Shown in pieces: positions 29,137 through 40,240 of a stretch of 64,000 nt of DNA. Both the position numbers and the translations under genes were made by a program. Source of the stretch: Mesorhizobium sp. SCN 65-20 (GTDB taxonomy: Bacteria > Pseudomonadota > Alphaproteobacteria > Rhizobiales > Rhizobiaceae); the NCBI GenBank assembly GCA_001724355.1, contig MEEF01000004.1, forward strand, positions 6,121-70,120, read 5' to 3'. Below the pieces are notes generated by a model. It did no database searches, was not told the origin of the DNA, and saw only the letters and a program-made list of their open reading frames with translations. Every line of letters begins with the position of its first letter. Position 1 is the first letter of the stretch.

Positions 29137-30162
29137 TCACACGGCGACGCGCGATCCGCTCTCCGACGATCGCAGGATGGCATCGATCAGCCGGTGCGCC
29201 TTCAACGCCTCGCGGCCAGATACCTTCGGATCGCGGCCTTCGCGAAGGGCAGCGACAAAGTCGGCCAGGACGGCGCGATGGTTGTCGTTGGAGAACGCCA
29301 TCGGATCGGCCCCGACACCGTTGCCGCGGGTGTCGTCGGACACGGTCTGCTCGGTTCCGTCCAGCAGGCTGATCAGCGCCCCCGATGGGTCGAGGCGCGC
29401 CGAGGCCTTGGTTCCGAGTATGTCGATCGCATCGGGAAAGCCGGGATAGGCGGCCGTGGTGGCGCTGATGGCGCCGATCGCGCCGTTTGCGAAGCGCATC
29501 GCCGCATGGGCCACGTCCTCCGTCTCCATGCGATGCGCCTTGCTGGTCGTTGCATATCCGGTCACTTCGCCGGGGAGACCGACGAGAGCGATCATCTGGT
29601 CGAGTGTGTGGATCGCCTGCGTGAGCAGGACTCCGCCGCCGTCGCGAGCCCTCGTGCCGCGTCCGGCCTGGTCGTAATAGCTCTGCGGTCGCCAGTTGTT
29701 GAGCCTGACCGAAACGCTGACGATCTCGCCCAGCTTGCCGTCGTCCAGTGCCCGCCTGACTGCCTCGATCGACTTGCGGAAGCGCAGTTGCAGGACGACA
29801 CCGAGGCGGATGCCGGCGCGTTCTGCCGTGTCGACGAGTTCGAGCGACCGCTCGGGCGTGATCTCCAGCGGCTTTTCCAGGAGCACATGCTTGCCGGCCT
29901 CGGCGGCCTGGCGGACCAGGTCGAGGTGGCTGGAAGGGGGCGTCAGCACGATCACGGCTGCGATCGACCTGTCGCGGAAGATCGCATCGATGCTGTCGGC
30001 GACGGGAAACCCGTATCTTGCGCCGAAGGCCGTGCGCCGTTCTGGGGATGGGCTGAACACGGCGGCGACCTCGACCTCGTCGTTGAGATCGACGAGGCTC
30101 TGGGCATGCGGGGCTGCAGCCATGCCCAGGCCGATGACGCCGACACGCAGGCGGCCGGTCAT
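29137..30162 (-). CDS. Gfo/Idh/MocA family oxidoreductase
   Basis: [28 protein letters not shown]; start overlaps uxuA stop. Confidence 0.9.
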   Translation of the reverse strand: MTGRLRVGVIGLGMAAAPHAQSLVDLNDEVEVAAVFSPSPERRTAFGARYGFPVADSIDAIFRDRSIAAVIVLTPPSSHLDLVRQAAEAGKHVLLEKPLEITPERSLELVDTAERAGIRLGVVLQLRFRKSIEAVRRALDDGKLGEIVSVSVRLNNWRPQSYYDQAGRGTRARDGGGVLLTQAIHTLDQMIALVGLPGEVTGYATTSKAHRMETEDVAHAAMRFANGAIGAISATTAAYPGFPDAIDILGTKASARLDPSGALISLLDGTEQTVSDDTRGNGVGADPMAFSNDNHRAVLADFVAALREGRDPKVSGREALKAHRLIDAILRSSESGSRVAV

Positions 30163-31352
30163 CGGGCGTCCTCCGGAATGCCAAAGGTCTCGAGCGTTCG
30201 CATGATGCCGCGGAGCTCGGCCAGCCCCTTGAGCCGGCCAATGCAGCTGTAGCCCGGGTTCACCTTTTTTCCGATGTCGTCGACGATCGCATGGCCGTGG
30301 TCGGGCCGCATCGGGATCTGCCAGTCGGCGCGACCGCCGTCGCGCCTGTTTTCTTCTTCCCGCATTAGCGCCGCGACGACGCGCACCATGTCGGTGTCTC
30401 CGCCGAGATGCTCGGCCTCGTGGAAGGAGCCGTCCGTCTCCCTGGTCACGTTGCGCAGGTGGGCAAAGTGGATGCGGGGGCCAAACTCGGCCGCCATGCG
30501 GACAAGATCGTTGGCCCCGTTGGAGCCGTAGGAGCCAGTGCACAGCGTCAACCCATTCGCCGCAGACGGCACCCGCTTCAGAATTGTGCGGGCGTCTTCC
30601 GCCAGCGACACCACGCGGGGGAGACCGAAGATCGGAAAGGCGGGATCGTCCGGGTGGATCGCGAGCCTGACCCCACACTCCTCGGCGACCGGAACGATCT
30701 CCGCGAGGAATTCGAGCAGGTTCGTGCGCAGGCCTTCCTTGCTCAGGTCCTTGTAACCATCGAGCGCCCTGCGGAAGCTTGCGCGGTCGAAGATGAATTC
30801 GCGCGCCGGAACCCAGCCGATCAGGTTCTGCTCCAGCCGGGCAAGGTCGCTCTCGCTCATCGCGGCCAGGCGCCTCGTTGCCGCCTCGATGCGTTCGCGT
30901 GGATGGTCGGCCTCGGCGTCCTGCCTCTTGAGCACCAGCACGTCGTAGGCACAGAAATCGACGATGTCGAAGCGCAACGCCGTTCCGCCATGCGGCATCG
31001 GCGCATCGAGATCGGTGCGGGTCCAGTCGGTGATCGCCATGAAATTGTAGCAGACGGTGCGGATGCCGGCGTCGGCGATGGTGCGGATCGACTGCTTGTA
31101 GTTGTCGATGAGCTCGCGGTAGCGGCCGCTCCGGGTCTTGATGTCCTCATGCACGACGATGCTCTCGACGACATCCCATGTCAGGCCGGCAGCTTCGATC
31201 TCTGCCCTGCGCCTGGCGACCTCATCCGCCGGCCAGGCGCGACCGTCGTTGAGGTGGTGGAGTGCCGTGACCACTCCGCTCGCTCCCGCCTGGCGGACAT
31301 GCGAGAGCTTGACCGGGTCGTCCGGGCCGAACCACCGCCAGGTTTCCTTCAC
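30159..31352 (-). CDS. uxuA: Mannonate dehydratase
   Basis: [15 protein letters not shown]...DWTRTDL, HPDDP, RPDHGH; AGGAG RBS before GTG. Confidence 0.95.
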   Translation of the reverse strand: MKETWRWFGPDDPVKLSHVRQAGASGVVTALHHLNDGRAWPADEVARRRAEIEAAGLTWDVVESIVVHEDIKTRSGRYRELIDNYKQSIRTIADAGIRTVCYNFMAITDWTRTDLDAPMPHGGTALRFDIVDFCAYDVLVLKRQDAEADHPRERIEAATRRLAAMSESDLARLEQNLIGWVPAREFIFDRASFRRALDGYKDLSKEGLRTNLLEFLAEIVPVAEECGVRLAIHPDDPAFPIFGLPRVVSLAEDARTILKRVPSAANGLTLCTGSYGSNGANDLVRMAAEFGPRIHFAHLRNVTRETDGSFHEAEHLGGDTDMVRVVAALMREEENRRDGGRADWQIPMRPDHGHAIVDDIGKKVNPGYSCIGRLKGLAELRGIMRTLETFGIPEDAR

Positions 31353-32848
31353 GACGACAACTCCTTGAGGGCGGCCGCGGGCCCGCTGCGCCGCAAGGTT
31401 TCGAGATGACGGGCGGCCGTTCGCTTCAGTGCTTCCAGGTGCTCGGAGCCGGCAGCGAAGCCCGCGGCCGCGAAGGCCTCGGCGACGGTCTCGGCGGCGC
31501 TGCCTGATTTCGCGAAGATCGTGTCCAGTGCGGGATCGAGCGGATCGGTGAAATGGCCGGCAGGCAAGGAATGGCCGCGGGCCTCGCAGGCGGCAATCCA
31601 TGCCGCCGGCACAAGCATCAGGTGGTCGGCAGTGCCACCGGCGCGTAGCCGGTCGAGCGCGGTCGCGATGATGCGCTGGGGTAGCTTCTGGCTGCCGTCG
31701 TTGGCGATCTGGGCGGTGCGGTGCTTCAGCGCCGGATTGTCGAAGCGCTTGGACAGTTCGTGGGTATAGGCCTCGGGCCGCAATCCGGCATCCGAAGGCA
31801 AGGTCGCAATCGCCTCGCGCCAGAGTGCCGTCACGAAAGACCGGATCGCAGGATCGCCGAAGGCCGCAGCCACGGTTTCATGACCGCTCAACAGTCCGAG
31901 ATAGGCGATGGCCGAATGCGAACCGTTGAGCAGCCGCAACTTCATGTCCTCGAACGGGGCCACGTCCTTGACCATCTCGACGCCGAAGCGTTCCCAGGCT
32001 GGACGGCCGCTCGGAAAATGGTCCTCGATCACCCATTGCCGGAAGGGTTCGGTCGTCACTGGCCAGGCGTCGGAAACGCCAAGGCTCGCTGTAATGCGCT
32101 CCCGGTCGGCGTCGGTGGTCGCCGGCACGATGCGGTCGACCATGCTCGATGGGAAGGCGATCACCTCCGCAACGAAGCTCCCGAGCTCGCTGTCCCGCAT
32201 GCCGGCGAAGGCGGTCAGCAATCGCCTCAGGGTCGCGCCGTTGGCGGGGAGGTTGTCGCAGGAGAGGATCGTGAAGGGAGCCGTGCCGGCAGACCGACGG
32301 CGCGCGATCGCTTCGGCCAGGAAGCCATACAGGCTCTTCGGGCGGTCCGGATTGGCGAGATCCCAGACGATCTCGGGGTGGCGATCGTCCAGCATGCCAG
32401 TGGCATTGCGCAGATAGGCCTTCTCGGTGACCGTCAACGTGACGATGCGGATGCGCGGGTCGCACAGGGCGTCCAGTAGTGCTGCTGGGTCTTCGGGTGC
32501 GACGAGCGTGGTCAGGATCGAACCCATGACGCGCAACCGTTCGCCGGAGCCGTCGACCATAGACAGGGTGTAGAGCCCGTTCTGCGGTGCAAGGGCGACA
32601 CGCGTGTCGGCGCTGCGCAGAGATACCCCGACGATGCCCCATCCGACGTCGCCTGCATTCAGGCAGTCGTCGACGTACACGGCCTGGTGAGCGCGGTGGA
32701 AGGCGCCGAGCCCGAGGTGAACGATGCCGGGTGTAACATTCGAACGAACGTAGCCCGGGACCTCCACCTCTGCCGGGAGGTGCGCGAGGAGCGTATCGCT
32801 CAAGCGCCGGTCCGAAGCCGCAGCACCCATGGGATCTCGACCCGTCAT
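31349..32848 (-). CDS. uxuB: D-mannonate oxidoreductase (mannitol dehydrogenase family)
   Basis: [38 protein letters not shown]. Confidence 0.85.
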   Translation of the reverse strand: MTGRDPMGAAASDRRLSDTLLAHLPAEVEVPGYVRSNVTPGIVHLGLGAFHRAHQAVYVDDCLNAGDVGWGIVGVSLRSADTRVALAPQNGLYTLSMVDGSGERLRVMGSILTTLVAPEDPAALLDALCDPRIRIVTLTVTEKAYLRNATGMLDDRHPEIVWDLANPDRPKSLYGFLAEAIARRRSAGTAPFTILSCDNLPANGATLRRLLTAFAGMRDSELGSFVAEVIAFPSSMVDRIVPATTDADRERITASLGVSDAWPVTTEPFRQWVIEDHFPSGRPAWERFGVEMVKDVAPFEDMKLRLLNGSHSAIAYLGLLSGHETVAAAFGDPAIRSFVTALWREAIATLPSDAGLRPEAYTHELSKRFDNPALKHRTAQIANDGSQKLPQRIIATALDRLRAGGTADHLMLVPAAWIAACEARGHSLPAGHFTDPLDPALDTIFAKSGSAAETVAEAFAAAGFAAGSEHLEALKRTAARHLETLRRSGPAAALKELSS

Positions 32849-32913
32849 GTCTCCTCCATCACGCGGTCTTCAGCCAATTTCCTGCCTGACCAAGGGTGCC
32901 ATGGTCAAGCGAT

Positions 32914-32950
32914 ATTCATCATACAACTGATGTTTTTTCATATGTTGACA
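32914..32950. promoter_or_regulatory. Candidate FadR/GntR operator region in the uxuB/uxaC divergent spacer
   Basis: CATCA-tacaac-TGATG palindrome and TCATATGTTGACA in an AT-rich tract. Confidence 0.45.
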
Positions 32951-33005
32951 TTATCACTTATCGAGCCTAGCGATAGGGTAGACCGTAGGAGGAGCGGTCC
33001 AGCGC

Positions 33006-34415
33006 ATGTCCAAGCTGGTTGCGGACGATCTGCTGTTCCCCGTCGATGCGTCGGCGCGCCAGGTAGCGCGCGATCTGTTTGCAGGCGTCAAGGATCTTCC
33101 CATCGTAAGCCCCCACGGGCATACGGAGCCACGCTGGTATGCCGAAAACGACCATTTCCCGGACCTGGCCCAGCTTCTGGTTGTTCCGGACCACTACATT
33201 TTCCGGATGCTCTTCAGCCAGGGCGTGCGCCTCGAGGACCTCGGCGTGCCGACGCTCGATGGCTCGGCGGTCGAGGCCGATGGGCGCAAGATCTGGAGGC
33301 TCTTTGCCGACAACTACTACCTGTTTCGCGGTACGCCCACCCGGCTATGGCTCGACTACACGTTCCTGAACCTGTTCGGCCTGTCTGTGCCGCTCGAACC
33401 CGACACTGCGGACCTCTACTACGACACCATCGCCGATTTGCTGGGGCGCGACGACTTTCGACCGCGGGCCCTGTACGAGCGCTTCAACATCGAGGCGATT
33501 TCGACCACAGACGGCGCACTCGACGACCTCAAGTGGCACGCCATGATCCGCGACAGCGGCTGGAAGGGCAGGGTGGTGCCGGCCTACCGGCCGGATTCGG
33601 TCGTCGATCCCGATTTCGACGGCTTCGCCGGCAATCTGGACAGGTTGGGCGAGTTGAGCGGTTGCGATACGGGTAGCTGGCAGGGCTACCTCGATGCCCA
33701 TCGCGCGCGGCGTGCCTACTTCAAGTCGTTCGGCGCGACCTCGACGGACCACGGCCACGCGACGGCCGACACCGCCAATCTTTCTGTCTCCGAGGCCGCC
33801 GCCCTCTATGACCGGGTACGAAAGGGAACGGCTGAACCTGCCCAGCGCAGGCTGTTCAGGGCCCAGATGCTCACCGAATTTGCCAGGATGAGCGTCGACG
33901 ACGGCCTGGTCATGCAGATACATCCGGGCTCGTGGCGCAACCATTCCGGGCCGGTCCACCAGCGGTTCGGCCGCGACAAGGGTTTCGACATACCGACGCG
34001 GACCGACTATGTCGGCGCGCTGAAGCCGCTTCTCGATGCAGTGGGAACCGCTCCGGGGCTCAGCGTCATCGTCTTCACCCTGGATGAGACCAGCTATGCG
34101 CGCGAACTGGCGCCGCTGGCCGGCGTCTATCCCGCGCTAAAACTAGGCCCAGCCTGGTGGTTCCACGACAGCCCGGAAGGCATGCGCCGCTTCCGTGAGA
34201 TGACCACCGAAACGGCCGGCTTCTACAACACGGTCGGCTTCAACGACGATACCCGCGCGTTCCCGTCCATTCCGGCCCGCCACGACGTGGCGCGCCGCGT
34301 CGATTGCGCCTTCCTGGCCCGCCTGGTCTGCGAGCACCGCCTCCGGGAAGAGGAGGCGCATGAACTGGCACACGACCTGGCCTACGGGCTGGCCAAGAGG
34401 GCTTACCGACTTTGA
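33006..34415 (+). CDS. uxaC: Glucuronate (uronate) isomerase
   Basis: LPIVSPHGH, GPAWWFHDS, GFNDDTRAF.SIPARHD. Confidence 0.95.
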   Translation: MSKLVADDLLFPVDASARQVARDLFAGVKDLPIVSPHGHTEPRWYAENDHFPDLAQLLVVPDHYIFRMLFSQGVRLEDLGVPTLDGSAVEADGRKIWRLFADNYYLFRGTPTRLWLDYTFLNLFGLSVPLEPDTADLYYDTIADLLGRDDFRPRALYERFNIEAISTTDGALDDLKWHAMIRDSGWKGRVVPAYRPDSVVDPDFDGFAGNLDRLGELSGCDTGSWQGYLDAHRARRAYFKSFGATSTDHGHATADTANLSVSEAAALYDRVRKGTAEPAQRRLFRAQMLTEFARMSVDDGLVMQIHPGSWRNHSGPVHQRFGRDKGFDIPTRTDYVGALKPLLDAVGTAPGLSVIVFTLDETSYARELAPLAGVYPALKLGPAWWFHDSPEGMRRFREMTTETAGFYNTVGFNDDTRAFPSIPARHDVARRVDCAFLARLVCEHRLREEEAHELAHDLAYGLAKRAYRL

Positions 34416-34466
34416 CTTGTGAGGGTGCATAAGCGGGCTCAAGGCCCATCAACTGGGGAGGAACTG

Positions 34467-35444
34467 ATGTTGCATGCCACGAAATTCCTGACCGGCATTG
34501 TGCTGGCGTCGTCACTGATGGTCGGCGCCGCGGCCGCGCAGACCGTTCTCAAATCGTCGGACACCCATCCGGACGGGTATCCGACCGTCGAGGGCGTCAA
34601 GTATTTCGGTGAACTGGTCAAGGAGCGTACCCAGGGCCGCTATGCCGTCGAGGTCTATCACTCGGCGCAGCTCGGCGAGGAGAAGGACACGATCGAGCAG
34701 GTGCGCTCGGGCGTGATCGAACTCAATCGTGTCTCGATGGCTCCCTTCAACGGCACGGTGAAGGAATCGATCGTGCCTGCATTGCCCTATCTGTTCCGCT
34801 CGGAAGAGCACATGCACAAGGTGATGGACGGCCCCATAGGCGACCAGATCAAGAAGGCTTTCGAGCCGGCCGGCCTGGTGGCGCTCGCCTTTTATGATGC
34901 CGGCGCGCGCTCCTTCTACAACAAGACCAAGCCGATCAATTCGGTGGCCGACATGAAGGGCCTGAAGTTCCGCGTCATCCAGTCCGACATCTTCGTCGAC
35001 ATGGTGGCGGCACTCGGCGCCAATGCGACGCCGATGCCCTATGGCGAGGTCTACTCGTCTATCGAGACCGGTGTGATCGACGGCGCCGAGAACAATTTCC
35101 CGAGCTACGACACCGCCAAGCATTTCGAAGTGGCCAAGAACTATGCGCTGGACGAACACACGATCCTTCCGGAGGTGTTCGTGATGAACAAGGCGGCCTT
35201 CGACAAGCTGACCCCGGAAGACCAGGAGATCTTCAAGCAGGCCGCCAAGGACAGCGTCGCCAAGCAGCGCGAGCTGTGGGCCGCCAAGGTGGCGGAGTCA
35301 CGCAAGATCGTGGAAGCCGCAGGGGCGCAGATCACCACCCCGGACAAGCAGGGGTTCATCGAGGCGATGAAACCGGTCTACGAAAAGCACGTCACCGACG
35401 AGGTCCTGAGGAAGATGGTCGCCGACGTGCAGGCCGTGCAGTGA
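34467..35444 (+). CDS. dctP: TRAP transporter substrate-binding protein
   Basis: [34 protein letters not shown]. Confidence 0.93.
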   Translation: MLHATKFLTGIVLASSLMVGAAAAQTVLKSSDTHPDGYPTVEGVKYFGELVKERTQGRYAVEVYHSAQLGEEKDTIEQVRSGVIELNRVSMAPFNGTVKESIVPALPYLFRSEEHMHKVMDGPIGDQIKKAFEPAGLVALAFYDAGARSFYNKTKPINSVADMKGLKFRVIQSDIFVDMVAALGANATPMPYGEVYSSIETGVIDGAENNFPSYDTAKHFEVAKNYALDEHTILPEVFVMNKAAFDKLTPEDQEIFKQAAKDSVAKQRELWAAKVAESRKIVEAAGAQITTPDKQGFIEAMKPVYEKHVTDEVLRKMVADVQAVQ

Positions 35445-35460
35445 CCTGCCGCTGAACTGC

Positions 35461-35509
35461 GCCCCGCCTGATCGCCCGTCCCGAGGAGGGGCGAGCGATC
35501 AGGCGGGGC
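35461..35509 (+). other. Strong intercistronic hairpin after dctP
   Basis: Perfect 15-bp stem GCCCCGCCTGATCGC / GCGATCAGGCGGGGC, no U tract. Confidence 0.7.
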
Positions 35510-35534
35510 CACCTCGCCAACCGTGGAGGAAATC

Positions 35535-36125
35535 GTGTCCAGCCCCCCAGACATCGGCGTTCCGTTCCTGTCTCGCGTGAACACCGCAGCGCTCTACCTG
35601 GCAGGCGCGGGCCTGGTGCTGATGACGGTGTTCGTCGCCTGGCAGGTCTTCTGCCGGTACGTGCTGAACAACTCGCCGTCATGGACGGAACCGGGCGCGG
35701 TCATGCTGATGAGCTGGTTCATCTTCCTCGGCGCGGCCGTCGGCGTCCGCGAGAACAACCACATGGGCTTCGACGTGCTGCTCTACGTCCTGCCGCCCTC
35801 GGCGAAGAAGTGGCTCAGGATGATCTCGGATGTCGTCATCCTCGGCTTCGGCGCCGGAATGGTGTGGTACGGCAGCGGGCTCGTCAGCCTGACCTGGAAC
35901 ACGGTCCTGCCGGCCCTGAACATCTCCGGCGGCTGGGACTATATCCCGGTCGTCGTCGGCGGCTTTCTCGTGATGCTGTTCGCGCTCGAGCGCATTGCAC
36001 TGCGCCTGCTGCGCGTGCCGATCGACGAGGCGCTGGACCAGCTGGCGCCACCCGAGACGGCGGTCGAACTCGCAAATGTCGAAGCGGTCCGCAAGGACGC
36101 GGCGGAACTGGGGATGAAGGGATGA
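35535..36125 (+). CDS. dctQ: TRAP transporter small permease
   Basis: QVFCRYVLNNSPSWTE, FLGAA...H; GGAGGA RBS before GTG. Confidence 0.9.
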   Translation: MSSPPDIGVPFLSRVNTAALYLAGAGLVLMTVFVAWQVFCRYVLNNSPSWTEPGAVMLMSWFIFLGAAVGVRENNHMGFDVLLYVLPPSAKKWLRMISDVVILGFGAGMVWYGSGLVSLTWNTVLPALNISGGWDYIPVVVGGFLVMLFALERIALRLLRVPIDEALDQLAPPETAVELANVEAVRKDAAELGMKG

Positions 36126-36177
36126 CGCCTTTGTCCTTTCAGGCCGGTGTCTCGGGCAGCACAAAGGGGAGCATCTG

Positions 36178-37458
36178 ATGGAACTCTGGGTTCTCTTCGG
36201 CTCCTTCACCCTGCTGATGCTGATCGGCACTCCGATCGCCTTCTGCCTCGGTGTGGCTAGCCTTGCCACCGTCCTCTACATGGGCCTGCCGCCGCTGGTC
36301 GTGTTCCAGCGACTCAACTCCGGCATGAGCGTATTCTCGCTGCTTGCCATCCCGTTCTTCATCTATTCCGGCGACCTGATGGTGCGGGGCGGCATCGCGC
36401 AGCGCATCGTCGCCTTCGCGGCGTCGCTGGTCGGCCACATCCGCGGCGGCCTGGGACAGGTCAACATCGTCACCGCTACGCTGTTCGGGGGCATTTCCGG
36501 ATCGGCCGTGGCCGAGGCGGCAGCGGTCGGCGGCCTCATGATCCCACAGATGAAGGCGCGAGGCTATGGAGCCGATTACGCGGTCAACGTCACCTCGATG
36601 GCTGCCCTGATCGCGTTGCTGCTGCCGCCGTCGCACAACATGATCATCTATTCCATCTCGGCGGGCGGCAAGATTTCGATCGCCGACCTGTTTACCGCGG
36701 GCGTCATCCCGGGCCTTCTGCTCGCCGCTTCGCTGATGGTCACCGCCTATCTCGTGGCGCGCAAACGCGGCTACCCGACCGAACCGTTCCCCGGGCTCAT
36801 GGCGGTCGCGCATCTTCTTGCCGTCGCGGTGCCGGGCCTGCTGCTGATCGCCATCATCTTCGGCGGCGTGCGCTCCGGCATCTTCACTGCCACCGAAAGC
36901 TCGTGCATTGCGGTGATCTACGCGCTGATGGTGACGTTGTTCGTCTACCGCCAGCTGAGCTGGAGCGATTTCGTCCACGCCACGATGGGTGCAGTGCGTA
37001 CCACAGCGATGGTGCTTCTCATAATCGGCACGGCCGCCGCCTTTTCCTGGCTCATGGCGTTCCTGCGCGTGCCGGCGAGCCTGGTGGCATGGATGCAGAC
37101 GATCTCGGACAACCCGATCATCATCCTGCTCCTGCTCAACCTGATCATGCTTCTGCTCGGCACCTTCATGGACATGGGGCCGACCATCATCATCACCACT
37201 CCGATCTTCCTGCCGATCGCGCAAGCCTACGGCATCGATCCCGTGCATTTCGGCGTCATCATGATCCTGAACTACGGCATCGGCCTGAACACGCCGCCGG
37301 TCGGAGGAGTGCAGTTCGTCGCCTGTGCGGTGGGCAAGATCAGCGTCTGGGAAGCGATGCGGTCGATCTGGCCGTTCTATGGCGCCGGCCTCGTGGTGCT
37401 GCTACTCGTGACCTATATCCCGGCCATATCGCTCTGGCTTCCCAACGCATTCAGGTAG
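36178..37458 (+). CDS. dctM: TRAP transporter large permease
   Basis: LLAIPFFI, FGGISGSAVA, TATES, TPPVG. Confidence 0.93.
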   Translation: MELWVLFGSFTLLMLIGTPIAFCLGVASLATVLYMGLPPLVVFQRLNSGMSVFSLLAIPFFIYSGDLMVRGGIAQRIVAFAASLVGHIRGGLGQVNIVTATLFGGISGSAVAEAAAVGGLMIPQMKARGYGADYAVNVTSMAALIALLLPPSHNMIIYSISAGGKISIADLFTAGVIPGLLLAASLMVTAYLVARKRGYPTEPFPGLMAVAHLLAVAVPGLLLIAIIFGGVRSGIFTATESSCIAVIYALMVTLFVYRQLSWSDFVHATMGAVRTTAMVLLIIGTAAAFSWLMAFLRVPASLVAWMQTISDNPIIILLLLNLIMLLLGTFMDMGPTIIITTPIFLPIAQAYGIDPVHFGVIMILNYGIGLNTPPVGGVQFVACAVGKISVWEAMRSIWPFYGAGLVVLLLVTYIPAISLWLPNAFR

Positions 37459-37465
37459 GCACACC

Positions 37466-38242
37466 ATGGCAACCGATACCTCCGCGAATTTCAGGATCGA
37501 ACGCCGGCCGAAACTGGCCGACCGGATCGTCGCGGCCGTGCGGGACCAGATCATCGGCGGCGAGGTCGCGCCGGGCCAGAAGCTGCCGACGGAGAGCCAG
37601 CTCACGGAGACGTTCGGAGTTTCCCGCACTGTCATCCGCGAGGCTATGGCGACCCTTGCCGCCGACGGGCTGGTCGAACCGCGGCAGGGCGCGGGCGTTT
37701 TCGTCATGGAGCGCCCGACCCAGGCTTTCGCAACGATCAGCGCCGAGAGCGGCACCAGCATATCCAACGCGCTCAATGTGCTCGAGGTGCGCATGGGGAT
37801 CGAGATCGAGAGCGCCGGGCTGGCCGCGATCAGGCGCAACAGCGCCCAGGAAGCCAAGATCCAGGAGGCGTTCTTCGAGTTCGAGCGCTTGCTGGGCATC
37901 GGCCAGCCCACGGGCAAGACCGACTTCGCCTTTCACCGTGCCATCGCGGCTGCGACCAACAACCCGTTCTACGTCGAGGTGCTGGACGCGTTGGGCAGCC
38001 GCACCATCCCGTGCGACGTCACCTCGCCATGGGGGACGGACAGCGTGCTTACGCGCGAGTACCAGGAAGGGCTGCAGCGGGAGCATCTCGTCATCCTGCA
38101 GGCGATCTCCCGCGGGGATGCCGACGCGGCGCGCGACGGCATGCGCGCGCATCTTTCCGCGAGCCAGCAACGCTACCGCGAGCGACTCGATGGCCGCTAC
38201 GAGGAGTATCTCGCGGTCATGAGCAAAAACCAGGGTTCATAG
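37466..38242 (+). CDS. FadR/GntR family regulator (FCD domain)
   Basis: KLPTESQL...FGVSRTVIREA; DFAFH.AIA.AT.N. Confidence 0.92.
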   Translation: MATDTSANFRIERRPKLADRIVAAVRDQIIGGEVAPGQKLPTESQLTETFGVSRTVIREAMATLAADGLVEPRQGAGVFVMERPTQAFATISAESGTSISNALNVLEVRMGIEIESAGLAAIRRNSAQEAKIQEAFFEFERLLGIGQPTGKTDFAFHRAIAAATNNPFYVEVLDALGSRTIPCDVTSPWGTDSVLTREYQEGLQREHLVILQAISRGDADAARDGMRAHLSASQQRYRERLDGRYEEYLAVMSKNQGS

Positions 38243-38262
38243 ATTTTCGCCAAGGGTTTCAG

Positions 38263-39102
38263 ATGACGGATCACCAGAATTTCACATCCCGCTTTGCCAT
38301 CGACCCGCATTCCGCTGCTGCCATGGGGACGGAGCGGCTCCGGCAGAATTTTCACCTCGGCAATCTGTTCGAGCCTGGAAGGATCAATCTCACATACACC
38401 CACTACGATCGCATGGTCGTCGGTGGCGCGGTTCCGCTGGGGAGCGCGCTGAAGCTCGAGACGATCAAGCCGGCCGGCACCAAAACCTTTCTCGAGCGCC
38501 GCGAACTCGTGGCGGTCAATATCGGTGGTCCGGGCACGGTTGCCGTGGGCGAAAATGTCCATGAACTCGGCACCCGGGACATGATCTATGTCGGCATGGG
38601 CGAGGAGGTTTCTTTCTCGTCGGCGAGCCAGGCAGAGCCCGCGAAGTTCTATCTGCTCTCGTCGCCCGCGCACCGCCGGCTTCCAACGAGGCTGCTCACC
38701 ATCGCCGATGCCAATCGGCTCGACCTCGGCAGCCAGGAAACCTCGAACGAGCGCTCGATCTTCCAGTTCACGACTACGATCGAGACGTGCCAGATCGTCG
38801 TCGGCATGACCCAACTGGCCAAGGGCTCGGTGTGGAACACCATGCCCGCGCATGTTCATGACAGGCGCATGGAAGCCTATCTCTATTTCGACCTGCCCGA
38901 GACCGCCCGCGTCTTCCACTTCATGGGCGAGCCTGCCGAGACGCGGCACATCGTCATGGCCAACGAGGAGGCCGTGCTGTCGCCGGCGTGGTCGATCCAC
39001 TCCGGCTGCGGCACCTCAAACTACGCCTTCATCTGGGCCATGGCTGGCGATAATGTCGATTACACCGACGTCGATCCGGTAGCGATCGGAGACATGCGTT
39101 GA
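38263..39102 (+). CDS. kduI: 5-dehydro-4-deoxy-D-glucuronate isomerase, second paralogue
   Basis: YTHYDRM, WNTMPAHVHDRRMEAY, SPAWSIHSGCG. Confidence 0.93.
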   Translation: MTDHQNFTSRFAIDPHSAAAMGTERLRQNFHLGNLFEPGRINLTYTHYDRMVVGGAVPLGSALKLETIKPAGTKTFLERRELVAVNIGGPGTVAVGENVHELGTRDMIYVGMGEEVSFSSASQAEPAKFYLLSSPAHRRLPTRLLTIADANRLDLGSQETSNERSIFQFTTTIETCQIVVGMTQLAKGSVWNTMPAHVHDRRMEAYLYFDLPETARVFHFMGEPAETRHIVMANEEAVLSPAWSIHSGCGTSNYAFIWAMAGDNVDYTDVDPVAIGDMR

Positions 39103-39863
39103 TGGATTTGTCCGCCTTCAGCCTCAAGGGCAAGCGCATAGCCGTGACCGGCGCCAACACCGGCATTGGCCAAGGCATCGCTGTAGCCGCCGCCCGCGCC
39201 GGCGCCGATGTCGTTGCGATCGGGCGGTCGTCGATGGATGAGACCGAACGTCTGGTCGCCCCCTACGCCGTCGAGTTCACGCCGGTCCAGTGCGACCTGG
39301 GCGACGTGAAGGCATCGGCGGCGATGATCAACGATCTTCTGGCCGAGGGACGGCCGCTCGACGGGCTGGTCAACAATGCTGGCATCATCCGCAGGGCCGC
39401 TGCCATCGACTTCACCGAGCAGGATTGGGACGACGTCATGGACGTCAACCTCAAGTCGCTGTTCTTCCTGTGCCAGGCCTATGCGCGCAACACGCTTTCG
39501 GCCGGCAAGACCGGCCGCATCGTCAATGTCGCGTCCCTGCTCGCCCTACAGGGCGGCATCCGCGTGGCATCATACACGGCCTCGAAACACGGGGTGCTGG
39601 GCATCACCCGGCTCCTTGCTAACGAGTGGGCAGGCAAGGGCATCAACGTGAACGCCATTGCCCCCGGCTACATCGTCACCAACAACACGGAGGCCTTGCG
39701 CAACGACCCCGAACGCGCCGAGGCCATTCTTGCACGAATCCCTGCCGGCCGGTGGGGAACGCCGGACGATATTGGCGACGCGGCGGTCTTCCTGCTCGCG
39801 CCGGCGTCTAACTACATGCACGGCGCCGTCGTCCCCGTCGATGGCGGTTGGCTCGCGAGGTGA
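39102..39863 (+). CDS. kduD: 2-dehydro-3-deoxy-D-gluconate 5-dehydrogenase (SDR)
   Basis: TGANTGIG, NNAGIIRR, QGGIRV.SYTASK; overlaps kduI stop. Confidence 0.92.
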   Translation: MDLSAFSLKGKRIAVTGANTGIGQGIAVAAARAGADVVAIGRSSMDETERLVAPYAVEFTPVQCDLGDVKASAAMINDLLAEGRPLDGLVNNAGIIRRAAAIDFTEQDWDDVMDVNLKSLFFLCQAYARNTLSAGKTGRIVNVASLLALQGGIRVASYTASKHGVLGITRLLANEWAGKGINVNAIAPGYIVTNNTEALRNDPERAEAILARIPAGRWGTPDDIGDAAVFLLAPASNYMHGAVVPVDGGWLAR

Positions 39864-39864
39864 C

Positions 39865-40212
39865 ATGGCACGCGATTTCTTCGTCCGGGCAGGCGAGGGG
39901 GCGTGGGAGCCCACGCCCGACGGCAACAAGCGCCGTATTGTCGCCTATACCGAGGAACTGATGATGGTCGAGTTCGCCTTCGAGGAGGGCGGCGAGGGCT
40001 GGGTCCATTCGCACCCGCATGTGCAGTCGAGTTACGTCGCCGAAGGCAGCTTCGCGGTCACCATAGACGGTCGCACCGAAACGCTGCACCAGGGCGACAG
40101 CTACATCGTGCCGTCGGGCCTGAAACATGGAGTCAAGGCTCTCAGCAAGGGACGGCTGGTCGACTGCTTCACGCCGCACCGCGCCGATTTCCTGAAACCC
40201 GCCGGCGACTGA
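39865..40212 (+). CDS. kdgF: Cupin protein, KdgF-like
   Basis: HSHPHVQSSYV.EG.F...H; LVDCFTP.RADF; pectin/uronate context. Confidence 0.75.
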   Translation: MARDFFVRAGEGAWEPTPDGNKRRIVAYTEELMMVEFAFEEGGEGWVHSHPHVQSSYVAEGSFAVTIDGRTETLHQGDSYIVPSGLKHGVKALSKGRLVDCFTPHRADFLKPAGD

Positions 40213-40240
40213 CAGTGGCAACGGAGGAGGCCGCGAGACA

